Shown: positions 47,657 through 56,086 of the stretch, piece by piece
Layout: each line of letters starts with the position of its first letter
How positions within the stretch are numbered: position 1 is the stretch's first letter
Assembly: GCA_964612275.1 (NCBI GenBank)
Contig: CAZTES010000003.1
Location: 2,834-58,919 of the forward strand
Length of the DNA stretch: 56,086 nucleotides
DNA from: an uncultured Rikenellaceae bacterium
GTDB taxonomy: Bacteria; Bacteroidota; Bacteroidia; Bacteroidales; VadinHA17
Direction: 5' to 3'
Notes under the pieces: model-generated
Seen by the model: only the letters and a program-made list of their open reading frames with translations
What the model was told of the DNA's origin: nothing
Databases searched by the model: none
Program-made: the position numbers and the translations under genes

Positions 47657-48157
47657 TTATGCATTCTTCTCAACATATTCGGTAAGTTTACCTTTCTCTT
47701 GCATCTTGATATATTTTTCGACATGCTTGTCTTTTTTCAGGAACCCTCTGTTTTTTTGATAAAATTCAATAACTGATTCAATACCCTTTAAGGTTCCATT
47801 TATCTTGTCATCAAATTTTTTGGTTTTAAGTGAATATTTTGCCCAACCTCCCATAAAGATCATTAATAAATCAGGGGTAGTAGACAGGAAAGTAACTATT
47901 TCAGGTTTGATTTCAATGTGTACATCAGGACTGCCTGTCAGCCATTGCAGCAGAAATTTGTTTGCATCTGCTCTCTTTTCTGTCTGCTCATTTAAGGGTG
48001 TGTTGATTAGCCAATCAACACAATGAATAATGTCCTGTTCATAGGGGGCATAATCTTCCCCATCAACCAGTCTATAGTCTTTTGGTACTTCAAAATCCTG
48101 GGCATTAAGTGCCAATGAAGCAGCGATAAGCATCAAAAGGTTGAATGTTCGTTTCAT
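47657..48157 (-). CDS. Conserved-looking secreted hypothetical protein
   Basis: Signal peptide (LALNA|QDF); 166 aa; minus-strand TAATTTTG -7 box at 48200-48207. Confidence 0.75.
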   Translation of the reverse strand: MKRTFNLLMLIAASLALNAQDFEVPKDYRLVDGEDYAPYEQDIIHCVDWLINTPLNEQTEKRADANKFLLQWLTGSPDVHIEIKPEIVTFLSTTPDLLMIFMGGWAKYSLKTKKFDDKINGTLKGIESVIEFYQKNRGFLKKDKHVEKYIKMQEKGKLTEYVEKNA

Positions 48158-48403
48158 TGTATTAAAGGTTTAGTTTCGTAAGATATTAGAAGTTAGTATC
48201 AAAATTATAAAAACATTTTGTGAATTGGCTTACTGGTGGATAATTTCCATTTGCTTTTATCCGCTAGGCGGAGCGTGTTCCCGTCCGGCCGCTACAGTCG
48301 GCTTGACGGGTATTTGATCGTATGGCTCCCCTTGGGGGTAAACTTTGGAAGTGTATTCGAAATTGGACCGTTTTTTTTGGTTCCATCTCGAGTTTTTGAA
48401 CTA

Positions 48404-48551
48404 TGACCATCGTTTGACAATAGTATGACAATTGCATGACCCTGTCAAATAGCGACTACGTCGTTCCTGCGATGCAGCATTTTACAGGGTATACTATCGA
48501 ATGTGATTGACAATCGCATTACCACTGAGTTACTACCGAGTTACTTCTGAA
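48404..48551. repeat. 11-bp tandem arrays interrupted by a 54-bp element with terminal inverted repeats
   Basis: TGACCATCGTT TGACAATAGTA TGACAATTGCA TGA[CCCTGTCAAAT...ATTTTACAGGG TATA]CTATCGAA; then TACCACTGAGT TACTACCGAGT TACTTCTGA. Confidence 0.65.
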
Positions 48552-48559
48552 CCAGGAGT

Positions 48560-49036
48560 TCAATAAATTGGCAACCCGTTATGTTTCAACGCTTCATTAT
48601 AAATGGGTCCTTTTGCAATAAAAGCAGGGCCTAATCCACTGCCTCTCCCAACCAGCAATCTGGTACTGGATTGCATGGTAAGCAAATCAAGCCATTCATC
48701 GGAGATTGTAATATATTTTTTATGATCCAGGGTTGTCCAGCAAATCAGCCGGCTCCCCGATTTTATCACTTCCAGTTTGCGGGAAGTGAATAAGCCGGAT
48801 CCTTTGTTGTAACCAATTACATCGGCTATCTGGCGGCCGACTTTTGCTCCTGCCAGGAAATCCGGTTTGTGTGCGCTGAATCCACCCGAGGTTTTACTCC
48901 CTGAGAGCAAAATTACGGCATTGGTTTTACAGAAATGGTATTCATCGTACGCTTCGTCCGGTATCCGGATCCGTCCGTCGCTTTGTATTACTGCCCAGCC
49001 AAATATATACTTTCCTCCTTTTACCAGTTGTGGCAT
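48560..49036 (-). CDS. Conserved hypothetical protein, possibly a duplicated AbrB/MraZ-like fold
   Basis: MPQLVKGGKYIFGW..I..DGRIRIP..AY.EY, SGSKTSGGFS, RGSGLG..FIAKGPI. The fold is my inference. Confidence 0.7.
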   Translation of the reverse strand: MPQLVKGGKYIFGWAVIQSDGRIRIPDEAYDEYHFCKTNAVILLSGSKTSGGFSAHKPDFLAGAKVGRQIADVIGYNKGSGLFTSRKLEVIKSGSRLICWTTLDHKKYITISDEWLDLLTMQSSTRLLVGRGSGLGPAFIAKGPIYNEALKHNGLPIY

Positions 49037-49106
49037 TTTTATCCGGTTTAATGAAATTTTGATTAATTTGGTAATTTAATCCGGGATATCCATTAAACCA
49101 AACCAT

Positions 49107-49313
49107 ATGAAAAGGAAAGTAATCATTAAAATCGTCCTTCTTCTGCTTTTTATTCTGCCCTTGTTTCTTACCTGCGAGAAGCCAACCCGGTATTGTGTTG
49201 AATGCGATTGCCTGACCAGGGATAAATGTTACAATAGCTATGACAGAGCTGAAAATTTTGCCGCAATAATGGAACTTGGAGGTACCTGTGAATGCAGTAT
49301 CTATGAGGATTGA
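49107..49313 (+). CDS. Small Cys-rich lipoprotein
   Basis: Basic N-terminus, hydrophobic core, FLTC lipobox, CVECDC...C...CEC. Confidence 0.65.
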   Translation: MKRKVIIKIVLLLLFILPLFLTCEKPTRYCVECDCLTRDKCYNSYDRAENFAAIMELGGTCECSIYED

Positions 49314-49326
49314 TTAATGACACCAT

Positions 49327-49473
49327 ATGCTCTTAGCCTTCGATACGCATTACTTCAACAACAAGGCAAAGACAGTATGCATATGTTTTGAGAAATGGTC
49401 GGATCCTGAACCCTGTGATCTGTTCACTGAAGTCATAAAAAGTGGTGACAGCTTCTTATTTAAATTTTGTTAA
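49327..49473 (+). pseudogene. nfi: N-terminal fragment of a Bacteroidota-type endonuclease V
   Basis: Manual translation MLLAFDTHYFNNKAKTVCICFEKWSDPEPCDLFTEV resembles the short EndoV N-terminus. The frame runs into an inverted-repeat element and stops after 48 codons. Confidence 0.65.
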
Positions 49474-49621
49474 AATACAGTATAACAGCATATTAATTTT
49501 ATAATAAAAATGGAAAAGTTTTGGTTAATAATTTTTTAAATATCAGTTATACAATCTTTTACATTAATAATTTAGAAATTTTAAAAAATAGGAAGCTGTC
49601 ACGACTTTTTTGTTATGACTT
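49430..49621. mobile_element. AT-rich MITE-like element of about 190 bp with imperfect terminal inverted repeats of about 32 bp
   Basis: AAGTCATAAAAAGTGGTGACAGCTTCTTATTT (49430-49461) pairs with AAATAGGAAGCTGTCACGACTTTTTTGTTATGACTT (49586-49621). Confidence 0.6.
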
Positions 49622-49656
49622 TTTCAATTCAAACATTTCACAGCAAGTACCTTTTT

Positions 49657-51351
49657 TTATCGAACCTGCTGTAGATAACCCAGTACAAAAACAGCGGGGG
49701 CATTCCAGTTGATGCACACTTCATTTGAAGCATAACTCTGCTGCACATCCATATAGCTTTTTGCCGGAGATTTCGATGGATAGTCTACGGCATTGCGATC
49801 CTGCATGTGACCGTTCGGACCACCCACGATGAATCCCGGTACCGGCTCATCGATACCGTCGGCACCACTCGGACGGTGATGCGGGAACATCACTTTTTTT
49901 GTGCCCAACCCGGTTAAAAAGCAATACCCGGTGGCATTCTTCCCGAATATATAGTCGGTAATCTGTTCTGCTCCCGCCAGGTACTTCTCTTCATTCGTTA
50001 AATGGTGTGCAATACAAAGAATCATTGCCTGGTTCAGGATATCGCTGTTGGAGCCCCATTCAAACCGGTCCAATGCAATGCGGTATGGGTTACTGGCGAT
50101 TTTATCCAGGGTCTTATCAGCCAGGGCAATGTGTCCTTTTTCCAGGGATGCAGCTAATTCCGGATCCAGCAGAGACCGGTTTGCCAGCAGGGAGTGAAAA
50201 CCGTTATTCCTGACAAATAATTTCCAGCTACTGGTTAGCTGATGGATGTATTCCTGTTCGTTCGATGTCAGATGATCCAGGTATTCTTTTTTTTGAGTGG
50301 TGATGAATAGTTCTGCTGCAGCCCAGTAAAAGTCGTCGGAGAATTGGCCGTCTCCATATTCACCTGTACGCACATCCGCGGGGTTCCTGAAATCAATGTT
50401 GTCATTCTCCACCGCCCACTTCCATGCCTTTTCAGCAGCAGTTAATGATTTGGTTGACCATTGTGAGTCGATGTCTTTTAACAACCGGGATGCCTGGGCC
50501 ATGACCGCAGCAAAATTGAGGGTAGCTGCTGTTCCTTTTCCAATGACCATTCTTTCCAGACCATAGTCTGCCGGCATGATAAAACTGCTGAAGTTTTTTG
50601 CAGTAATCTTATGGAATACCCCACCATCCTGATCCTGCATGGTCATGATCCAATCCAGTTCATACTTCAGCTCGTCCATTAAATCGTTTATCCCATTACC
50701 GCTTTCAGGTATATTCAGTGAGCCGTCCTCAACGGCATTCGGATAGATCTCAAGTAGGTGAAGCATCTGTCCGGTGCTCAGAGCGGCATTGACTGTATAT
50801 TTCCCATAATCGCCTGCATCATACCATCCTCCGGATGAGTTCATTGTCCCTTCCGAATACCCGGAGGATGGATGGAAAACACACCGGTTATCAGGGTGTC
50901 CTGCACCTCTTTTGTACATGCCACCGTACTTTTCTTCAATCGGCATGGAGGCTCTTTGGTAATAATAGCTTTTTATTGCTGCCCGCAAAGCTTCCTGGTA
51001 CAACCCTTCTTTGATCTTGAAGGATGGAGACTCTATTTTCCCATCCACAACGATATAGTATTGACCCGGAGTATTAAATGAACTGAAATCACCAAGCATT
51101 ACGTGTTCGGCGGAAGCTTTCCAGGTACCGTTATCGGTTAGTTTTCCGCTGAAAGCAACATTTCCGTCCGGGTGGATGAGTTGAAAAGACTTTGCTTCCC
51201 TATCAACGACCAGGAATTGCTTCAAAGAACCCGGATAAAAACCCAGTTGATTGATCCGGATTTTTTCAAGAGAAGCAGTCTCCTCGGTTGTTGATCCACA
51301 GGATGCAAATAACAGTGCACCGAGCACAAACGATAGAATAACGTTTTTCAT
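49657..51351 (-). CDS. GH9 glycoside hydrolase (endoglucanase-like) lipoprotein with N-terminal Ig-like domain
   Basis: IRINQLGF, YYYQR, GGWYDAGDYGKY, HHR, GGPN, SYASNEVCINWNA. Confidence 0.93.
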   Translation of the reverse strand: MKNVILSFVLGALLFASCGSTTEETASLEKIRINQLGFYPGSLKQFLVVDREAKSFQLIHPDGNVAFSGKLTDNGTWKASAEHVMLGDFSSFNTPGQYYIVVDGKIESPSFKIKEGLYQEALRAAIKSYYYQRASMPIEEKYGGMYKRGAGHPDNRCVFHPSSGYSEGTMNSSGGWYDAGDYGKYTVNAALSTGQMLHLLEIYPNAVEDGSLNIPESGNGINDLMDELKYELDWIMTMQDQDGGVFHKITAKNFSSFIMPADYGLERMVIGKGTAATLNFAAVMAQASRLLKDIDSQWSTKSLTAAEKAWKWAVENDNIDFRNPADVRTGEYGDGQFSDDFYWAAAELFITTQKKEYLDHLTSNEQEYIHQLTSSWKLFVRNNGFHSLLANRSLLDPELAASLEKGHIALADKTLDKIASNPYRIALDRFEWGSNSDILNQAMILCIAHHLTNEEKYLAGAEQITDYIFGKNATGYCFLTGLGTKKVMFPHHRPSGADGIDEPVPGFIVGGPNGHMQDRNAVDYPSKSPAKSYMDVQQSYASNEVCINWNAPAVFVLGYLQQVR

Positions 51352-51443
51352 TTTTTATAAGGATTTGTTATGAAAATTTGAACAATGATGAAATAATTCA
51401 AGTAATTTTAAAGGCCACACTGTTCACATTTCCTTTTCCCGCC

Positions 51444-52592
51444 TCACCGGTTCATCGCCCTTCGCACCTCGGCGATAACCGGAAAGCAGAAGTCGTCGTA
51501 CCAGTTTGTCACCATAAAATCGTAGCCGTTAAAGCTCATGGTGGAGATTACGGTTGTCCCGAATTCCGGGAAATATTCCAGCCGGGTATTGTACCCGAAG
51601 ATCCCGCCACCGTGTCCATATGCCAGTCCTTCCTGGGTTTGTGTTACGAACATACCAAGTCCGTAATGTGCGCCTTCATCGAGCCATACCATTAGATCGA
51701 AAGTTGACGTCTCGTCAAACAGCTCACTGTTTACCAGAGCATGCATAAAGACTGAGAGTTCCTCAACTGTGCTGACCAGCCCACCGGCTGCCCAGGCCTG
51801 GCTTCCGTGGTAATGTGTACCGTCAAAGGTCATGGTGTAACCGTGGGCAATCCGCAGATCATCGGGTGTGATATCATAATCAAGAAGATGCGTGTTTTCC
51901 AGCCCGAGCGGATTACAGATCCTTTCCCGGAGTACTTCATGGTAAGGTTTTCCGGTAATACGCTCGATCACAAGGCCCAGTACGTTGAAGTTGGAATTCC
52001 GGTATGCATACTGCGTACCGGGTTCGAACTCCGGATAACAATCGGAAAACAGATACCTCATCCGTTCCAGCTGAGTAATGGAATCAGTATAAAAATAATC
52101 GTCGAAAAATGTCGTGGAGGAGATGGCTGGTAGCCCGCTCTTGTGACTTAACAGGTTCCTGATGCTGACATCACTGAATCCGTTGATTTTCGGGTAGGTT
52201 GCTTCATCCAATTGAAGGTAATCGTTGAAAGGTGTGCCCAGGACGATCAGTTCCTCTTCCCACAGCTGCAGGATGATGGTGGCGGTGAACATTTTCGTTA
52301 CGCTGCCAACACGAAAAATAGAGTTTATTCCGATATCACCGGTTCCTAAACTATCCGTACTCCCCATATACGCCTCCCATGGTTCATAACCCGGGACGGT
52401 CACCCGGGTAGCATGTCCGAGCAGAACAGTCTCTTCGTTGGTGTAGTTGTATTCGGGAGCGAAATCATTAAAAAGGTTGTCGAACACTTTTACTCTGAGT
52501 CCCGTTTGATCAGGCTTACTGCAGTGGATACAAAACGAAGCGAGTAAAACAAGACTGAGGATTAGGTTAGCAAAAACTGGTCGATTTTTCAT
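51444..52592 (-). CDS. Serine hydrolase of the beta-lactamase/S12 family
   Basis: FRVGSVTK (SxxK), LLSHKSG, YRN (YxN), GHGG. Confidence 0.9.
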   Translation of the reverse strand: MKNRPVFANLILSLVLLASFCIHCSKPDQTGLRVKVFDNLFNDFAPEYNYTNEETVLLGHATRVTVPGYEPWEAYMGSTDSLGTGDIGINSIFRVGSVTKMFTATIILQLWEEELIVLGTPFNDYLQLDEATYPKINGFSDVSIRNLLSHKSGLPAISSTTFFDDYFYTDSITQLERMRYLFSDCYPEFEPGTQYAYRNSNFNVLGLVIERITGKPYHEVLRERICNPLGLENTHLLDYDITPDDLRIAHGYTMTFDGTHYHGSQAWAAGGLVSTVEELSVFMHALVNSELFDETSTFDLMVWLDEGAHYGLGMFVTQTQEGLAYGHGGGIFGYNTRLEYFPEFGTTVISTMSFNGYDFMVTNWYDDFCFPVIAEVRRAMNR

Positions 52593-52613
52593 GGGTGGGT
52601 TAAATGTACAGTT

Positions 52614-53162
52614 TTATTTTTCAATAAATCGTTTGATCCTTTCAACCGATTCTGCTTGCCTGCTTGTTTTGGATCCGATCATCGGAATGTTGATCCCTTT
52701 TTTCTCAAGCTCATTTTCTATTATTTCCATAAATACTCCACGTCCACCTGTTTCATTGCCCTCCTTAGTGGTTGTTTCTACCCCGCAACTGGGGGATCTG
52801 TTTACACCAATGATGCCAACAATTTTAAAATCATACTGAATATATTCCTCTAATTGAAATACAATCTCTTTTGCTTTTTCCCTCAGTATCTCAAGATTTC
52901 CCCCTTTCTCAAGTAGATTTCTTATCCGGGTATTTTCAAGCAAAAGATCCCTGCCGGCACCCTGTTTATCCTGTCTGTCCAGCCCGAGGCAGAGAAACTC
53001 GGGGCAGGGCATCTGGATTATTCCAATATCATTAGCCATCAGGAGGCGAATGACTTCAGTAAACTGGGCTGGCAGATCTGCCGTACCATCCGAGATCGAA
53101 TTCTGGTTCAGTAAGCAGTGTGCCAGAACAATGATTTTTTTACTTCTTTTATCGTTGAACAT
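52614..53162 (-). CDS. DUF523/TudS-related (CD3072-like) putative Fe-S desulfidase
   Basis: AHCLLNQN, QMPCPE, SPSCGV, GRGVFM; three conserved Cys. Confidence 0.8.
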   Translation of the reverse strand: MFNDKRSKKIIVLAHCLLNQNSISDGTADLPAQFTEVIRLLMANDIGIIQMPCPEFLCLGLDRQDKQGAGRDLLLENTRIRNLLEKGGNLEILREKAKEIVFQLEEYIQYDFKIVGIIGVNRSPSCGVETTTKEGNETGGRGVFMEIIENELEKKGINIPMIGSKTSRQAESVERIKRFIEK

Positions 53163-53845
53163 ATCGTTTTATTACTCTTTTTCGGACTCCTCTGTTCGTC
53201 ATTTTTACAGGATTGATCTTTCCATCGTTATCAAAGGTTAAAACATCTATACAAACCTGCCGGTGGTGTGGATTATCCGTACTTAACGGCCTGCGGTGGT
53301 AGACAATATAGTGCTCATCTGTATTCGGGATGGAAATAACAGAGTGATGACCGGCACCGGTTGCTATCGTTGAGTCCTGCTGCAGGATTTTTCCAATCCG
53401 TTTGAAAGGACCTCCTGGAGAATCTCCAATAGCGTAAGCCACGCTATAATCAGGCCCCATCCAACCACCTTCTGACCACATGAAATAGTATTTATTTCTC
53501 CTTTTAAACATGCAGATGTTTTGTCCAGTTAACCAGATCTTTGGAAGAAAAAGCATTGAAGAAGGTTTGTATGAGGTATTGTTGATTGATGGCTTTTTCT
53601 CTAGCCAGTAACTGTTTCTTGGAAAATTCAGTTGACCTGTCCTCAAACTGATAATGATCTGAATAGGTAGGATAAATCCAATATTCATCACCAAATATTA
53701 TTCCTTCCGGATCTGCGTACCACCCTTCTATGACGGGATTACCGGAATAGGTGATTTGATCAGGAAGATTCTGTTTTTGATTACAGGAACTTGCGGTAAA
53801 GAGCAATACCGCAAGCACCAAGCTCAATGTCTCTGTTTTATTCAT
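53149..53845 (-). pseudogene. GH43 glycoside hydrolase with internal deletion and frameshift
   Basis: The N-half (lipobox, GNPVIEGWYADP, WIYPT, FSSKDLVNWTKH) is joined out of frame at about 53512-53515 to the C-half (MFKRRNKYYFMWSEGGW..PDYSVAYA, GAGHHSV, YHRR, RQVCID). Confidence 0.82.
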
Positions 53846-54147
53846 AGAAATAAAAATAAGAGAATTGGATATTAAATCCAAGGGAGGTTTTTTGTAATTA
53901 CTGGTTGACAATGCTTATACGATGATCTCCGCATTGCACCATCCAATGCTCAGCCCTCTGACCGGGTCGAAATATCGGAAAAACCGGAAATCCATAACAG
54001 GTCAGTAAATAATGTTATTAAAAGACCGATCGCAACAAAGAATAAAACTTTTTTTCCATAACTGTTCCAAACTACAAAATGTTTTACATTGTTGAAAAAA
54101 TAGTTATAGGATGTAAAGGTTATCAACAAGTTAACCCGGATTATTAG

Positions 54148-54278
54148 CTTCGCTAAGCTCCGCTTCGGCGGACGAGAAGGTGTGGTTTAACCTGCAAGCT
54201 CTGCCTGCCCTTAGCCGGCAGGCTGGTTCCCCAGGGTTCTACCCCGGAAAGACGGGTCCAGGATTCTACCCTGGGATT
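54148..54278. repeat. Cluster of mini-hairpin/REP-like elements
   Basis: TCCGC TTCG GCGGA CGAG; TCTG CCTGCC N7 GGCAGG; CCCAGGGTTCTACCC...CCAGGATTCTACCCTGGG. Confidence 0.6.
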
Positions 54279-54399
54279 TCATGCCTTTGATTACCAATTT
54301 ATTCCAATTTTTAGAAATAATTTGGTACCTTTATAATTGAGGATTGCCTTTTGTATTTCATCGACTCGCTCAATCCTTAAAAATATAGCTCAATTAATT

Positions 54400-56086
54400 A
54401 TGATTTATGCAAGCAACAATAAGTTTTTTTACCCAAGAGTATTACTTCTATGTGTGGTGTTAATTTTGTTTAGTTATTATGGCATTTGCCAGTCCTCGGC
54501 TAAAATAGATAGCTTGGTGTCCATATTAGAATCCACAACCGATTCCAGAGAAAAAGTTGAAATATTAATGTCCATAATTGATGAAGTTATCGATTCCGAT
54601 TATGACAAAGCGATGCAGTATGCCAAGATCGCACTGACCGAATCAGAGAATACAAATTATATGGAGGGCAAAGCAAATGTTTTCTTTGTTATGGGTAGTA
54701 TTTATGAAAACACAGACAACTATGAAATAGCCATAGAAAATTACCTTTTGTCTTTGAATCTTTACACGGACCTGATGAATGAACGGGAGATGGCAAAACT
54801 CTACTATAGTCTTGGAGATATTTATAAAAAGAAGGGATTATACCAGCTTTCACTTGAAAATTGTCTTGAAGGACTAAAAATATATGAGAAATTAAACGAT
54901 AGAGCAGGGTTATCAGATATTTATAATTGTATGGGGAGTTTATATAAATATCAGCAGAATAATATGAAAGCGTTAGATTATTATAATAAAAGCCTGGATT
55001 TGAGGATTGCATTGGAAGACAAATATGGTATGGCACTATCTTACAATAATATAGGGGTAGTATATGCTATTGAAGGACGTAATGAAGTCGCTCTGGATTA
55101 TTTTAGAAAAAGCGAAGAAATTTACATTGAAAAAATTCACATTGAGGCTGGGGCTAAAAAAAACCTGGGAATCACATTGGGGAACATTGGTAATGTTTAT
55201 TTGAATCAGCTGAAATTGGATGATGCATATAACTACATTTCTAAGAGCCTGAAAATTCATAATGAAATAGGTTATACCCGCGGAATTGCAGATCAACACA
55301 GGAAATTAGGGAATTATTATGACCTTTTGGATTACTTTGATCTTGCGATTGAAAATTTATCAAAAGCTTTTAACCTGTACAAAGATTTAGGCAGGCTTGA
55401 AAATAAAAAAGAGGCCGCAGCCATGTTAAGTGAAATCTACTTTAAGAAGGGTTATCATAAAGAAGCCTACAAATACCTCTTAATGCACAAAGAATTAAAC
55501 GATAGTATTTTTACTATTGAAAAGATGAAAAATATAGCGCAGCTTGAAGATGAATATGAACACCTGAAAGCCGAGGAGGTAAGTCTTTTAAAAGATCAAA
55601 AAAGAAGGATAATATATATAGCTTTTTTTGCCATACTGTCTCTTATAATAATAATTGTTATTTTACTTCTTACCCACTTGAAAATTAAAAACAAAAGGCA
55701 ATATCTTGAATTTCAGAATATCGATCTTGAAAGGAGAAAGATAAAAACTGAACTCGAACTAAAACAAAAAGAGCTGACTACAAAAACGATCCATATGGGT
55801 AAGAGGAATGAACTGATTATCAGTGTAGTAGACCGATTGAATGAAGCGAAGAAAAACCTTAAGAAAGAAAATGAATCTATTGTGAATGAAATTATCGCTG
55901 ATCTTTGTTCAAATACTGACCATAACATATGGGAGGAGTTTGAAATACGATTTCTGAAAGTACACAAAGGATTTTACGAAAATCTGCAAGACAGATTCAC
56001 TAATCTTTCAAGGAATGAGAAACGGCTTTCAGCTTTCCTGAGACTTGATTTTTCTACAAAAGAAATATCTTTAATTACAAAACAAT
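54400..56086 (+). CDS. Periplasmic TPR sensor - TM helix - LuxR-type HTH regulator, 3'-truncated by the window edge
   Basis: Not in the ORF track. Manual translation from ATG 54400 gives MIYASNNKFF...KIDSL, TPRs (ALSYNNIGVVY), a TM helix, then WEEFEIRFLKVHKGFY...LSRNEKRLSAFLRLDFSTKEI. Confidence 0.88.
   Translation, partial: MIYASNNKFFYPRVLLLCVVLILFSYYGICQSSAKIDSLVSILESTTDSREKVEILMSIIDEVIDSDYDKAMQYAKIALTESENTNYMEGKANVFFVMGSIYENTDNYEIAIENYLLSLNLYTDLMNEREMAKLYYSLGDIYKKKGLYQLSLENCLEGLKIYEKLNDRAGLSDIYNCMGSLYKYQQNNMKALDYYNKSLDLRIALEDKYGMALSYNNIGVVYAIEGRNEVALDYFRKSEEIYIEKIHIEAGAKKNLGITLGNIGNVYLNQLKLDDAYNYISKSLKIHNEIGYTRGIADQHRKLGNYYDLLDYFDLAIENLSKAFNLYKDLGRLENKKEAAAMLSEIYFKKGYHKEAYKYLLMHKELNDSIFTIEKMKNIAQLEDEYEHLKAEEVSLLKDQKRRIIYIAFFAILSLIIIIVILLLTHLKIKNKRQYLEFQNIDLERRKIKTELELKQKELTTKTIHMGKRNELIISVVDRLNEAKKNLKKENESIVNEIIADLCSNTDHNIWEEFEIRFLKVHKGFYENLQDRFTNLSRNEKRLSAFLRLDFSTKEISLITKQ

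Noticed and set aside
23461-53845. Polysaccharide utilisation locus linking GH29, sulfatases, GH9 and GH43
   Set aside because: There is no susC/susD pair, and the genes are scattered in different orientations among unrelated genes.
1-56086. Prophage, integron or autonomous IS
   Set aside because: No integrase, transposase or phage structural genes were recognised, and I could not identify a regular attC-like cassette pattern.

Overview
A 56 kb bacterial chromosomal segment that looks like Bacteroidota, probably an environmental Bacteroidales-like organism. This is an inference from TAnnTTTG promoter boxes, A-rich leaders without Shine-Dalgarno sequences, a LytS/LytTR pair, DUF3857 transglutaminase-like genes and an orphan MacB/FtsX permease. 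The window is a mosaic of about 40 accessory genes: many peptidases (M28 x2, M14, M23, S41, S12, CPBP), scattered glycoside hydrolases and sulfatases (GH29, GH9, GH43 relic, two Cys-type sulfatases), transporters and regulators. I found no rRNA, tRNA, CRISPR array, transposase or prophage. Three genes are broken: an M24 fragment, an endonuclease V fragment cut at an inverted-repeat element, and a GH43 with an internal deletion. The most notable signals are: (1) a family of 17-100 bp hairpins with a 4-nt foot that interrupt strand-biased 7/8/11-mer tandem arrays, where removing the hairpin restores the array periodicity exactly, suggesting ultra-small mobile DNA without target duplication; (2) a coupled operon of a secreted M28 peptidase, a non-pyrrolysine MttB-family methyltransferase and an APC permease, with no corrinoid partner in the window; (3) an operon of a TPR/MORN-repeat protein plus an active and an apparently inactive transglutaminase-like protein; (4) a spacing-conserved ~75 bp element shared by the lytS/lytTR promoter and a second locus; (5) a coupled MazG-like and Mesh1-like nucleotide hydrolase pair. 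All family assignments come from motif recognition by eye, not database searches.
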